Assembly: GCA_027297435.1 (NCBI GenBank)
Contig: JAPUIA010000158.1
Coordinates: 13,427-77,426, forward strand
Length of the DNA stretch: 64,000 nucleotides
Origin: Gammaproteobacteria bacterium
GTDB taxonomy: Bacteria > Pseudomonadota > Gammaproteobacteria > Pseudomonadales > Azotimanducaceae
Direction of reading: 5' to 3'
Shown piece after piece: positions 1 through 9,184 of the stretch (the first letter of the stretch is position 1; every line of letters begins with the position of its first letter). Below the pieces are notes generated by a model. It was given only the letters and a program-made list of their open reading frames with translations. It was not told the origin of the DNA and made no database searches. The position numbers and the translations under genes are program-made.

Positions 1-2
1 CG

Positions 3-398
3 ATGGGCAAGCCCGTCGTGATGGGTCGCAAGCAGTTCGAGTCCATGCAAGCCCCCTTGCCCGGTAGAACCAACATCGTGCTCACGCGTGATCGCCACTA
101 CCGACGCCCAGGTATCAAGGTGGTGCAGGAGTTCAGCGCGGCCGTCGAGCTCGCGGCACGGCAATGCGTGTTAGATGGACAAGAACAATGGTTCGTGATC
201 GGCGGCGCGGAAGTCTATGCGCTGGGGCTCGAGCTCGCGACGCATCTGTACGTTACGTTCGTCGATGCAGATCCCGAGGGTGACACGTTCTTTCCGGAGG
301 TCGATTGGCAAGCTTGGCGCGAGATCGACGCCGTCGACTATCCGCGTGACGCCGCCCACGCCTATCCGTTTCGAATCGCCAAGTATTTACGATCATAG
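3..398 (+). CDS. folA: dihydrofolate reductase, C-terminal part (5' end lies outside the window)
   Basis: ORF is open to the window edge. Translation PVVMGRKQFESM...RTNIVLTR...WFVIGGAEVYA...LYVTFVDADPEGDTFFP carries the DHFR core motifs. Confidence 0.85.
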   Translation: MGKPVVMGRKQFESMQAPLPGRTNIVLTRDRHYRRPGIKVVQEFSAAVELAARQCVLDGQEQWFVIGGAEVYALGLELATHLYVTFVDADPEGDTFFPEVDWQAWREIDAVDYPRDAAHAYPFRIAKYLRS

Positions 399-407
399 GA
401 GCGATCT

Positions 408-2366
408 ATGCTGACGAGAACATCGGTGCTGGCAGGCCTGACGTGGATGATCGCCGCGTGTGCCGTCACCACCGCACCGCCCGACGGCGGGGTGCCGAGC
501 GGTGAGCGGATTGGCAATCTGATCATACGGGGGGTGCCGCAGATCCCCGAGCGTATCACCCGATTACTCGCGCCCTATCAGAACGTCCGATCCGCCCGTT
601 TACACGGTTGGACGAAAAACGCCTTGTTGATCAGTACTCGGTTCGGCGAAACCCCTCAGGTGCACCGGGTGGATAAGCCGCTTGGGGTACGCGAGCAGCT
701 GACGTTCTTCGACGAACCGGTCAGGAGTGTCGTTGTGCCTCCGAACGGACAAGACGGCTTTTTGTATCTGCGCGACACCGGAGGGTCCGAGTTTTACCAG
801 GTGTACTGGTTCGATGCGGCGACCGGACGATCGGATATGTTGAGCGACGGACGATCACGCAACTCGAGCATGATCTGGTCGAATGCCGGAGATCGGTTCG
901 CCTTTAGCTCCACCGTGCGCAACGGCACCAACGTCGACATCTACGTTCAAGCTTTGACCGGTGAGGCGCGGCTGGTGCTCGAAACCGAAGGCGGTGGCTG
1001 GGCAGTGACCGACTGGTCGGGCGACGACCGCCGGCTGTTGGTGTTGCAGTACTTGTCCATCAACGAATCACACCTCTACGAGTTGCAACTCGCCACAGGC
1101 GAGCTCAGAGAATTGTTCGATCCGGGCGTGCAGGCCGCGTTCGGCAACGCCGCCTATGATGGTGAATCCACCAGCGTCTATTTCACTTCGGATCTGGGTG
1201 CCGAGTTCATGCGCCTGCACCATCTGGACCTCGAAAGCGGATCCCTCGACGTCTTGACCGGGGACCTAACGTGGGACGTGGAAGGCCTTGAGATATCGCC
1301 GAACGGCGAGTTCTTGGCATACCTGGTCAATGCCGAGGGTCTCTCGACGCTCCAGGTCTGGCATCTTCCCGAAAGACGATTGGTTGCGCTGCCGGAGCTG
1401 CCTTCCGGCATCATCAGCGGAGTGTTGTTTTCCCATGACTCGCAGCAGCTGGGCCTCACCCTGAACCGAGCCACATCGCCAAGCGACGTCTACAGCATCG
1501 ACCTGGTGACGCGGGGTCTCACGCGTTGGACGAAGAGCGAAGTCGGCGGACTGGTCATGGATGCGTTCGTGGAACCAGAACTCATGCACTATCCGACCTT
1601 TGATGAAGTTAACGGTGTGCCGCGGCAGATTCCGGCGTTCGTCTTCAAACCCACCAGCCTTGGTCCACATCCGGTCGTTATCAGCATCCACGGCGGGCCA
1701 GAGTCCCAATACCGGCCCTTCTTTTCGACGTACAACCAATCGCTGGTCAACGAGCTTGGCGTAGCGGTCATTGCGCCCAACGTGCGGGGCTCACGTGGTT
1801 ACGGGAAAAGTTATGTGAAGCTCGACAACGGTGTGTTGCGTGAGGACTCGGTCAAGGACATCGGTGCGCTGCTCGACTGGATCGCGTCTCAGCCGGACCT
1901 GGACGGCGACCGCGTGTTGGTCATCGGCGGCTCGTATGGGGGTTATATGGTATTGGCGGCGATGGTTCACTACGGCGATCGGTTGCTCGCCGGGGTCGAA
2001 CGGGTCGGCATCAGTAACTTCGTAACGTTTCTCGAGAACACGCAAAGCTATCGACGCGATCTCAGACGCGCCGAGTATGGGGACGAGCGCATTCCTGAAA
2101 TGCGCGCCTTGCTGGAGTCTATATCGCCTTTGAATCACGTCGACAAAATGACCCGGCCGTTGATGGTGACGCAGGGCTTCAATGACCCCCGAGTACCCGC
2201 CAGCGAGAGCGCGCAGATCGTCGCGGCACTGGAAGATCGTGACGTTCCGGTTTGGTACATCGTGGCGTTGGACGAAGGCCATGGTTTTCGTAAGAAATCC
2301 AATCGCACCTACCTTAGCGGCGCCACCTGGCTGTTCATGGAACGATACTTGCTGGGTACGCCTTGA
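408..2366 (+). CDS. peptidase S9 (prolyl oligopeptidase/dipeptidyl aminopeptidase family), probable lipoprotein
   Basis: ATG 408 is preceded by AGGAG. Lipobox-like signal LTWMIAAC. The N-terminal half is propeller-like. The C-terminal alpha/beta hydrolase has the GGSYGGYM nucleophile elbow, FNDPRV and DEGHGF (Ser-Asp-His triad). Confidence 0.85.
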   Translation: MLTRTSVLAGLTWMIAACAVTTAPPDGGVPSGERIGNLIIRGVPQIPERITRLLAPYQNVRSARLHGWTKNALLISTRFGETPQVHRVDKPLGVREQLTFFDEPVRSVVVPPNGQDGFLYLRDTGGSEFYQVYWFDAATGRSDMLSDGRSRNSSMIWSNAGDRFAFSSTVRNGTNVDIYVQALTGEARLVLETEGGGWAVTDWSGDDRRLLVLQYLSINESHLYELQLATGELRELFDPGVQAAFGNAAYDGESTSVYFTSDLGAEFMRLHHLDLESGSLDVLTGDLTWDVEGLEISPNGEFLAYLVNAEGLSTLQVWHLPERRLVALPELPSGIISGVLFSHDSQQLGLTLNRATSPSDVYSIDLVTRGLTRWTKSEVGGLVMDAFVEPELMHYPTFDEVNGVPRQIPAFVFKPTSLGPHPVVISIHGGPESQYRPFFSTYNQSLVNELGVAVIAPNVRGSRGYGKSYVKLDNGVLREDSVKDIGALLDWIASQPDLDGDRVLVIGGSYGGYMVLAAMVHYGDRLLAGVERVGISNFVTFLENTQSYRRDLRRAEYGDERIPEMRALLESISPLNHVDKMTRPLMVTQGFNDPRVPASESAQIVAALEDRDVPVWYIVALDEGHGFRKKSNRTYLSGATWLFMERYLLGTP

Positions 2367-3382
2367 CCGCCGCGATCGGGATGATCGTCAACCCGATGTC
2401 CGGCCGCGACGTGCGGCGCTTGGCGGCGCGTGCATCCAACATGACGCATGAGGCGAAGCGTGATCTCGTTGCCCGGGCAGCGGTCGGCGCCGATACGGCG
2501 GGCGTTACGGACATCTACGTCATGCAGGAGCCGTTTCGAATTGCGTCGGCCGCGCTCGAACACATGGATCTCGATGCGCGCGTTCACGTATTGACACACC
2601 AACCGAGCAACGATGCGGGTGATACGGAGACGGCGGTTGTCCGATATCTGCAGGCCGGTTGCCGGACGCTGATTTCACTCGGCGGCGACGGCACCAACCG
2701 CGCCCTCGTCAGGGCGCTGATGGGACTTGGAGAAGCCGCCAACGACGTGCACCTCATCGCTTTGTCTACCGGCACCAACAACGTTTTCCCTGTGCTGGTA
2801 GAACCCACCATCGCGGGCTTGGTGGCGGGTTACCACGCCACCGGGCGGTTGGCTGAAGCCGAGGAGTTGAGGCAACGCGTGAAGGTTCTGCATGTCCGCA
2901 TCGGCAAGGTCCGCGATGTCGGACTCATCGACGCGGTATTGTTGCGGGGCGATCACGTCGGCAACCTGTTGCCATTCGACCCGCAGCGGCTGGCGCGCCT
3001 ATTGCTCACGCGCGCGGACCCCAGTGCCATCGGCACGTCATCCATTGGCGGTCTGTTGGAAGTTGTGAGCGCCGCTGACGACGAGGGATTGCTGGTCGAG
3101 ATGGGTGCAGGCATGCGCTTCAAGGCACCGTTGTCGCCCGGGTTGTTTCGAGAGGTCGAGGTGCAGAGCGCAACCCGTATCGGGTTTGGCGTGTCGGTAC
3201 GCTTCCAGGGACCTGGAGTGCTCGCGTTGGATGGTGATCGCGATCACAAACTAGGCGAAGACATGCATGCCTCGATCACGCTGGCGCGCGATGGTCCTTG
3301 GCTGCTGAACGTCGAGCGCGTCATGCGTTGGGCGGTAGCGCAAGGTATCATTGGTATTCGCCATTCGGTTGCGACCCAATGA
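2363..3382 (+). CDS. ATP-NAD kinase / diacylglycerol-kinase-like family protein
   Basis: TTG 2363 overlaps the upstream stop (TTGA); an alternative ATG lies at 2381. Has the IVNPMSGRD N-terminus and the LGGDGTNRA motif of the NAD-kinase fold. Its stop overlaps the fabV start (ATGA). Confidence 0.7.
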   Translation: MTAAIGMIVNPMSGRDVRRLAARASNMTHEAKRDLVARAAVGADTAGVTDIYVMQEPFRIASAALEHMDLDARVHVLTHQPSNDAGDTETAVVRYLQAGCRTLISLGGDGTNRALVRALMGLGEAANDVHLIALSTGTNNVFPVLVEPTIAGLVAGYHATGRLAEAEELRQRVKVLHVRIGKVRDVGLIDAVLLRGDHVGNLLPFDPQRLARLLLTRADPSAIGTSSIGGLLEVVSAADDEGLLVEMGAGMRFKAPLSPGLFREVEVQSATRIGFGVSVRFQGPGVLALDGDRDHKLGEDMHASITLARDGPWLLNVERVMRWAVAQGIIGIRHSVATQ

Positions 3383-4563
3383 TCATCAAGCCTCGCATTC
3401 GTGGTTTCATCTGTACCACAGCGCACCCCCGTGGCTGTGCGGCGCACGTTCAACAACAGATCGACTACGTCAAACGGTCCGGCGTTATCGATGCGGGGGT
3501 CAAGAACGCACTGGTAATCGGGTGCTCCGGGGGTTATGGCTTGGCGTCGAGGGTTGTCGCAGGATTTGGTTGCGGGGCGAACACGCTGGGGTTGTCGTTC
3601 GAGAAATCGCCAAGTGTGAAAAAGACCGCGACGGCGGGCTGGTACAACAATGCCGCGTTCGAAGAGGCCGCGGCGGCAGAAGGTCTGTACGCAAAAACCC
3701 TCGATGGTGATGCTTTCTCGGACGAGATGAAGGCCGCCGTCGTGCGAACGCTTACCGAAGAGGTCGGCCGGATCGACCTGTTGATTTACAGCCTGGCGTC
3801 TCCGGTGCGCCGGCACCCGCGTACCGGTGTATTGCACCGGTCGGCCATCAAGCCGCTGGGAAAGGCGGTCAGGATGAAATCGCTCAATGTCGATAAAGGC
3901 CAGGTCCACGAGATAGCGCTCGAACCGGGCGACGCAGACGATATCGCCAACACGGTCGCGGTGATGGGTGGGGAGGATTGGCAGTTCTGGATCGAGGCAC
4001 TACGGGGCGCGGACTTGCTGGCGCCCAGCTTTAGAACGCTCGCTTTCACCTACCTAGGCAGCGAGCTCACCTGGCCCATCTATTGGCAAGGCACGCTCGG
4101 TAAAGCCAAGGAAGATCTGGATTGCGCCGCAACCGAAATCACCGCGCAGCTCGTCGACCTAGACGGTAGCGCACGCGTTGCCTCCCTCAAAGGGGTGGTC
4201 ACCCAGGCGAGCAGCGCCATACCGGTCGTGTCGTTGTACATGTCTTTGTTGTTCAGGGTGATGAAAGACCAGGGCCTGCACGAAGATTGCGTGCAGCACA
4301 TCTATCGGCTCTACGCGACACAGCTCGCACGCGGTGCGGAACCACGCCTAGACGCTTCCGGCCGCATTCGAGTGGACGATGTCGAACTGTCGGATCCGGT
4401 GCAAGGCGAGATCAAACGGCGCTGGCCCATCGTTACGTCGGACAACTTGTCAGAACTGGGCGATCTCGATGGGTATAAAGCGGACTTTCTGAAGATATTT
4501 GGATTTGGTCTGCCCGGTGTCGACTACGACGAAGACGTCGACCCGTGCCTTGGCCGGATTTGA
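3379..4563 (+). CDS. fabV: trans-2-enoyl-CoA/ACP reductase FabV
   Basis: Start taken at internal ATG 3379. MIIKPRIRGFICTTAHPRGC is the characteristic FabV/TER N-terminus, followed by GCSGGYGLASR. About 394 aa, the usual FabV length. Confidence 0.85.
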   Translation: MIIKPRIRGFICTTAHPRGCAAHVQQQIDYVKRSGVIDAGVKNALVIGCSGGYGLASRVVAGFGCGANTLGLSFEKSPSVKKTATAGWYNNAAFEEAAAAEGLYAKTLDGDAFSDEMKAAVVRTLTEEVGRIDLLIYSLASPVRRHPRTGVLHRSAIKPLGKAVRMKSLNVDKGQVHEIALEPGDADDIANTVAVMGGEDWQFWIEALRGADLLAPSFRTLAFTYLGSELTWPIYWQGTLGKAKEDLDCAATEITAQLVDLDGSARVASLKGVVTQASSAIPVVSLYMSLLFRVMKDQGLHEDCVQHIYRLYATQLARGAEPRLDASGRIRVDDVELSDPVQGEIKRRWPIVTSDNLSELGDLDGYKADFLKIFGFGLPGVDYDEDVDPCLGRI

Positions 4564-4637
4564 TCGTACTCGACGCTCACACCGCTTAACGACAATCGCT
4601 CTGGTTCGACGAACGATCGCTGTGCTGCAATCGCGGC

Positions 4638-5834
4638 ATGCAAAATCGCACGCTGGCCGCAAACGCTCGAGGCTTTCGCTATACGTGCTACCCGTTGGTT
4701 GCACTCGCGTTGGTGACTCTTCAGCAACCGGGCGGCTGGCAATCCGCGTTGGTCTGTATCTGGGCGTGTGGCTGGCCGCTGGTGATCGACTTCGTACAAC
4801 GTGGGCTACAGGCGCGCGCGATACTGAAGTGGCACATCGTCGAAGCGGGTCTGGCCGTCATGCTGTTCGCCGCCGCGGGGATGCCCCCGGTGCTGCTTTG
4901 GGCAGTGGTAATCGCCATCGTCGTCAGCAACGCGTTGCAAGGTGGCATTGAACAAGCGGCTCGTGCCGCGGCAACCATCGCGGTTTGCAGTGTGGCCGTC
5001 TACGCTGCGGTTGGCTACGATGCGGTATCTCGCGGTGCCGCTATAGATGTATTTGCGGGCTTGTTTTTACTGGGTTATTGCACGTTGCTCGGACACGTGG
5101 CGTTTGTGCAAGCGTTGCAACGTCATGGCAATCAACTCGAGATTCGTGCGCTGAACGCGCGACTGCGGCAATACCTGCCACAAGTCTTGGCGGCTCGCTT
5201 GCAAGTGGCCGGTGTGCCACGTTTACAACGCCGTTGGTTGACCGTCGCGTTCGTCGATCTCGTCGGTTTTACCCGCTTGGTCGAGCGAGTGGCGGTGGAA
5301 GAACTCAATCTGATCCTAGATGCCTATCTCGAATGCGTTGCCGCGACGGCGCGCGAGTATCGGGGGTCGGTGTGCAAGGTCTTAGGCGATGGCGTGTTGC
5401 TGGTGTTTGGCGAAGAGGGTGAAACTTCGAGTCGGCAGCTCGCGCAAGACTGCATCGCTTGTTGCCGATCGCTCAATGACGCTATGGACAAGCTCGCCCG
5501 GAAATGGCGGACGGTGGGTGTGCCGGAAACCGTGCAGCTTCGAACGGGTATTGCGAGCGGTTACTGTTCCGTGGGCGACTGGGGTGGCGGCGAAAGGTTG
5601 GAATACACGGTGATTGGCGCACCGGTCAATCTAGCCAACCGTTTGCAGAGCGCGGCCGCTCGCGAACAGGTACTGGTTTGCGAGCGAACGGCGTTATTGG
5701 TGCGGGACTCGATTGCGCTTTCGCCCGTGACGGCGCGTCCGTTGAAGGGGTTTGGAATCGTACGTTACCACTCCGTGGCAACGGGTTCGTTTAACCCGGT
5801 GCTGTGGTCTGATAAGGTGCCGGCCGGAGTCTGA
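4638..5834 (+). CDS. membrane-anchored class III adenylate/guanylate cyclase
   Basis: The N-terminal half has several hydrophobic helices (LVALALVTL, GLAVMLFAAAGMPPVLLWAVVIAIVV, LFLLGYCTLLGHVAF). The C-terminal cyclase homology domain has TVAFVDLVGFTRL, KVLGDGVLLVFG, RTGIASGY and YTVIGAPVNLANRL. Confidence 0.8.
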   Translation: MQNRTLAANARGFRYTCYPLVALALVTLQQPGGWQSALVCIWACGWPLVIDFVQRGLQARAILKWHIVEAGLAVMLFAAAGMPPVLLWAVVIAIVVSNALQGGIEQAARAAATIAVCSVAVYAAVGYDAVSRGAAIDVFAGLFLLGYCTLLGHVAFVQALQRHGNQLEIRALNARLRQYLPQVLAARLQVAGVPRLQRRWLTVAFVDLVGFTRLVERVAVEELNLILDAYLECVAATAREYRGSVCKVLGDGVLLVFGEEGETSSRQLAQDCIACCRSLNDAMDKLARKWRTVGVPETVQLRTGIASGYCSVGDWGGGERLEYTVIGAPVNLANRLQSAAAREQVLVCERTALLVRDSIALSPVTARPLKGFGIVRYHSVATGSFNPVLWSDKVPAGV

Positions 5835-5878
5835 GTCGTGCCTGAACCCTCGCTCAAGGGGACAGACGAAAAAAGGCC

Positions 5879-6904
5879 ATGCAAAAAATTTTCCTACAAG
5901 CCTGTCGCGGTGAAGCCACCGCCTACACGCCGATTTGGTTGAACCGCCAGGCGGGGCGCTATATGCCCGAATATCACAAGGTCAAAGGCGATCTGCCGAG
6001 CCTGGCGTTTTTCAAGAATCCGGACTTGGCTGCCCAAGCGACTCTCGACGCCCAGCGCATTCTGGGGGTGGATGCCGCCATCTTGTTCGCAGACCTGCTA
6101 CCGATACTCGAACCGATGGGGCTGGCCCTCGACTACAAGCCGGGGGTCGGGCCGGTGTTCGACAACCCCGTCAGGTCGGCGAGGGACGTCGCCGATCTGG
6201 TCAACGCACCAGCGGCTGAGGCGACGCCCTACATTGCCCGGACGGTTGAGAATGTGCTTTCCGGGTTGCCGAAACAGGTGGCGCTCATTGGCTTCGCCGG
6301 GGCGCCGTTTACCCTCGCTTCCTACGCGGTCGAAGGCCGCGGTTCGAACAACTATGTTTTAGTCAAGAAACTCATGTACGAGAATCCGCAGATATGGACA
6401 CAATTGCTGGACAAGCTGGTCGAGCAAGTAGCCTCGTATCTGGAACTGCAGATCGACAGCGGCGTTGAGGCGGTTCAGTTGTTTGACACCTGGGTGGGTT
6501 GTCTTTCGGTCGACGATTTTCGCGACTACGTCTTACCACACACCAAGCGGTTGATCGATCGGTTGCGGGGACGGGTTCCCATCATTTACTTCGGCACCGG
6601 TAACGGTCATCTGCTGAAGGATGTCGCAGAGCTGAAGCCCGATGTGCTGGCACTGGATTGGCGGGTGCCGTTGGGTGCTACATGGGCGGCGCTGGGTTGT
6701 CGAGCGGTACAAGGTAATTTGGACCCCATCGTGCTGTGTGCCGATCGTGCGACGATTGCCAAGCAAGCCCAAGCCATATTGGATCAGGTCGAAAACAGAC
6801 CCGGACATATATTCAATCTAGGCCATGGCATCATCCCGGAAACGCCTGTCGATCACGTTAAATACCTCGTCGACTACGTGCACGAGCAATCGTCAAGTGG
6901 CTAA
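5879..6904 (+). CDS. hemE: uroporphyrinogen decarboxylase
   Basis: Full-length 341-aa ORF. The N-terminal PIWLNRQAGRYMPEY signature (PxWxxRQAGR) and overall length fit HemE. Confidence 0.95.
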   Translation: MQKIFLQACRGEATAYTPIWLNRQAGRYMPEYHKVKGDLPSLAFFKNPDLAAQATLDAQRILGVDAAILFADLLPILEPMGLALDYKPGVGPVFDNPVRSARDVADLVNAPAAEATPYIARTVENVLSGLPKQVALIGFAGAPFTLASYAVEGRGSNNYVLVKKLMYENPQIWTQLLDKLVEQVASYLELQIDSGVEAVQLFDTWVGCLSVDDFRDYVLPHTKRLIDRLRGRVPIIYFGTGNGHLLKDVAELKPDVLALDWRVPLGATWAALGCRAVQGNLDPIVLCADRATIAKQAQAILDQVENRPGHIFNLGHGIIPETPVDHVKYLVDYVHEQSSSG

Positions 6905-7283
6905 CAAATTGTTGCTTGCCGGGTTTTGGCTTCCATTCGTGTTGTGTACCTACTTGGCGTTTGCTCCGAACCCCCCGGAATCGGTGTTTCAAATAAGCGA
7001 CGTGATCTTGCACGTGAGTGCATTCGTTTACCTGACTTTCACGCTGTCCCTGAGCTACTTCCCGAGCCGTTTTTGGGCGCCGGCGGCGTGGATGGTGGTA
7101 TACGGCATCGCTATCGAAGTCTTACAAAGCTTCGAGCCGCAACGCTCTGCAGAGCTGCAAGATGTTTTGGTCGACATGGTCGGGATCGGTTTTGGAGGCG
7201 TCCTGATTCGGACGCTGACCGAACCGGTGCGAACCCTCGTGGACCGGGTGACGGGGCTATTGGCGCGTCGTAGCTCGTCCTAG
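6897..7283 (+). CDS. VanZ-like small membrane protein
   Basis: GTG 6897 overlaps the hemE stop; the ORF itself opens at 6825 inside hemE. Four hydrophobic segments. YGIAIEVLQSFEPQRSAELQDVLVDMVGIGFG resembles the VanZ-family core. Start is uncertain. Confidence 0.55.
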   Translation: MANKLLLAGFWLPFVLCTYLAFAPNPPESVFQISDVILHVSAFVYLTFTLSLSYFPSRFWAPAAWMVVYGIAIEVLQSFEPQRSAELQDVLVDMVGIGFGGVLIRTLTEPVRTLVDRVTGLLARRSSS

Positions 7284-7502
7284 CCCGGATAAGGTCGACG
7301 CCGATGATCGGCACAGCGGTGTCCGGTGGCAAAAGGATGACGTCGGCTTGATAGCCGAGTGCACGAAGCGGTTTTCTGCAGGGCTCTTGAACGCGTGCAC
7401 GCAGTGACGATGCTCTAGATGTCTCGGGCCGCGTCGATCCGTGGTGGACAGCTAACCGATACCTCGCCAGGATGGCACGACTCGGGCGAAGGCAAGCGAC
7501 AT

Positions 7503-7925
7503 ATGGTCTGGCGAAAGGTGGCACTCAAGATAGCGGGAGCGTTTGGGGCGCTGATCGTGGTCATATTCCTGCTGCAGATCGTCGCCTCGGAGCTGGGCGA
7601 GGTCGTGATACTCACGACGGATGACGCCACCGGCGAACTGGCCGAGACGCGATTGTGGGTTGTCGATCTGGAAGGCAGCGCCTGGTTACGGTCCGGGTCC
7701 TCCCAATCGGGTTGGTTTTTGCGGATCAAGGCCAACCCGCTCATTCGCGTCGAGCGCGGGGGTCAGCCCTACCGTTACCGTGGTGTGCTGGTCCCGGAAC
7801 GGCGCGCCGAGATCAATGCGCTCATGCGCGAAAAGTACGGTTGGGGTGACGCCTACATTAGCTTGCTGTTCGGCCGCGATGAAGCGGTGCCGGTTCGGCT
7901 AGATCCGGTGATCGCGCCGGGTTAG
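7503..7925 (+). CDS. hypothetical membrane-anchored protein, DUF385/split-barrel-like
   Basis: ATG 7503 (MVWRKVALKIAGAFGALIVVIFLL, one TM helix) has GAAGG upstream; an alternative ATG lies at 7419. ETRLWVVDLEGSAWLRSGSSQSGWFLRIKANPLIRVERGG resembles deazaflavin-nitroreductase-like (DUF385) proteins. The similarity was judged by eye only. Confidence 0.45.
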   Translation: MVWRKVALKIAGAFGALIVVIFLLQIVASELGEVVILTTDDATGELAETRLWVVDLEGSAWLRSGSSQSGWFLRIKANPLIRVERGGQPYRYRGVLVPERRAEINALMREKYGWGDAYISLLFGRDEAVPVRLDPVIAPG

Positions 7926-8022
7926 CGGTGCCGTTTCCACGCTGGTAATTTTAACAGAAGTATAGATGTCTCCTATGCTCGAACCCTTACTCAGGGCCGA
8001 CTAGCTCACCTACTGCGGAAAA

Positions 8023-8174
8023 GCCGGGTTTTGGCGGTTTTTGGTACGCCTTTGCGTCAAAGGTGCGCCTTCTCGTCGAATATGGCTCGATATTCCCCTC
8101 AAAGACGCGCCTTCTCGTCGAATATGGCTATGATATTCTCCTCAAAGGCGCGCCAAAAACCCTCAGACCCGGCC
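8023..8174. repeat. composite repeat: imperfect ~28-bp inverted termini flanking 2.3 tandem copies of a 42-43-bp unit
   Basis: Unit 1 at 8057-8098, unit 2 at 8099-8141, partial unit at 8142-8154 (TCAAAGRYGCGCCTTCTCGTCGAATATGGCT..GATATTCYCC). Each unit holds GAATAT-N-ATATTC. The outer arms are 8023-8050 GCCGGGTTTTGGCGGTTTTTGGTACGCC and the reverse complement of 8148-8174 (about 22 of 28 positions match by hand alignment). Confidence 0.8.
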
Positions 8175-8189
8175 CTCGCAGACGGCGGT

Positions 8190-8747
8190 CTAAGTCCGAC
8201 AGACTGCTAGGTTCGCGCCTTGCCACGGTTGCAACGGCTCCTCCGGAAGTTCTTCGTCTGAATGGGTTACCTCGCGTACTTCGAACCCACGGTCGAGGTA
8301 GTTGGGCAGCGCGGCGGGATGATCGAGCGTACAGGTGTGTACCCAGACGTGGCCGTTGCCGAAGCCTCGAGCAGCGGTGATGGCATCGCTCAGCAGGATC
8401 GCGCCGAGGCCTTTGCCGATGGCGGACGGCAACAAACCGAAGTAGGCGATCTCGACGGACCCAGCCGCATCTCGGTCGAGTTCGAAATAGCCGATGGGGG
8501 TGCCTTCCTGGTAACCGATCCAGGTGGCGACGTCAGGGTCGTCGAGATAGTCGAGCCAGGTGGCATAGTCCCAGGCCAGGCGCTCGTACCAACACCATCG
8601 AAACCCTACGGCCGCATAGAGAAAACGATTGAGTTCCGGACAGACCGTCTGGCTCCTCATCAGCCGGTAAGGGCGATCACGCGGTATCGCCGGTAGCGGT
8701 TTGTCGGCCTGCAGATCTAGGGTGGTGGTGGTGACCGAAACCTGCAT
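8190..8747 (-). CDS. GNAT family N-acetyltransferase
   Basis: Start taken at ATG 8747, because the longer ORF to 8840 would run into the neighbouring gene. Acetyl-CoA binding motif LLPSAIGKGLGAILLSDAI; C-terminal NYLDRGFE. Confidence 0.75.
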   Translation of the reverse strand: MQVSVTTTTLDLQADKPLPAIPRDRPYRLMRSQTVCPELNRFLYAAVGFRWCWYERLAWDYATWLDYLDDPDVATWIGYQEGTPIGYFELDRDAAGSVEIAYFGLLPSAIGKGLGAILLSDAITAARGFGNGHVWVHTCTLDHPAALPNYLDRGFEVREVTHSDEELPEEPLQPWQGANLAVCRT

Positions 8748-8770
8748 CGAATCTCTCGAGGAAAGCCTAG

Positions 8771-9121
8771 CTACAATGACATTTCGAGGATCGGTCGAAC
8801 CTCGTTGGATCCCACTAGAAAGCGTCCGCGGCGAGCCCAATCGACGGCCTCTTCCTCGGTCTCGACCTCGACGATGTAGTATCCGCCAACGAACTCGTCG
8901 TCGCCAAAGGCTGGCCCATCGGTGATCTCGATCTCACCGGACGATTGCTTGCGCACGGTCTTGGTGTTTGCTGGCGGGCCGAGGAATACCAATTCCTGCT
9001 CTTGTTCCTCTCTGAGTTCGGCCATGAAATCCATGAGCCAGGTCGTGTGTTGGCTACGCTCTTCGTCGGTAAGCTGGTCCCATACCCCGTTGGTATGGTT
9101 GAACGTGATTAGGTATTTCAT
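8771..9121 (-). CDS. YCII-related domain protein
   Basis: ATG at 9121 (MKYLITFNH...). GGYYIVEVETEEEAVDWARR is typical of the YCII/DGPF small alpha+beta family. Confidence 0.7.
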   Translation of the reverse strand: MKYLITFNHTNGVWDQLTDEERSQHTTWLMDFMAELREEQEQELVFLGPPANTKTVRKQSSGEIEITDGPAFGDDEFVGGYYIVEVETEEEAVDWARRGRFLVGSNEVRPILEMSL

Positions 9122-9184
9122 CAAACGATTTCAAAATTGCCAATGCTCGGCTATTGAAGCATGGACCCCGACGCCGTGCATCTA

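Noticed and set aside
7414-7972. The 10-mer TAGATGTCTC occurs at 7414-7423 and 7963-7972, flanking the DUF385-like gene, and could be read as cassette direct repeats.
   Set aside because: It is only 10 nt, and the surrounding sequence does not align. One chance recurrence of a 10-mer in 128 kb of two-strand sequence is not remarkable. No integrase or attC-like structure is present.
8057-8154. Possible mini CRISPR array formed by the 42-bp tandem repeats.
   Set aside because: The units are directly contiguous with no spacers, there are only 2.3 copies, and no cas genes lie nearby. It is a plain tandem repeat.
8063-8380. A 105-aa ORF starting in the repeat region, with the duplicated peptide LLVEYG...
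   Set aside because: The apparent periodic peptide is simply the translated tandem DNA repeat. The ORF then runs antisense through the GNAT gene and has no RBS.
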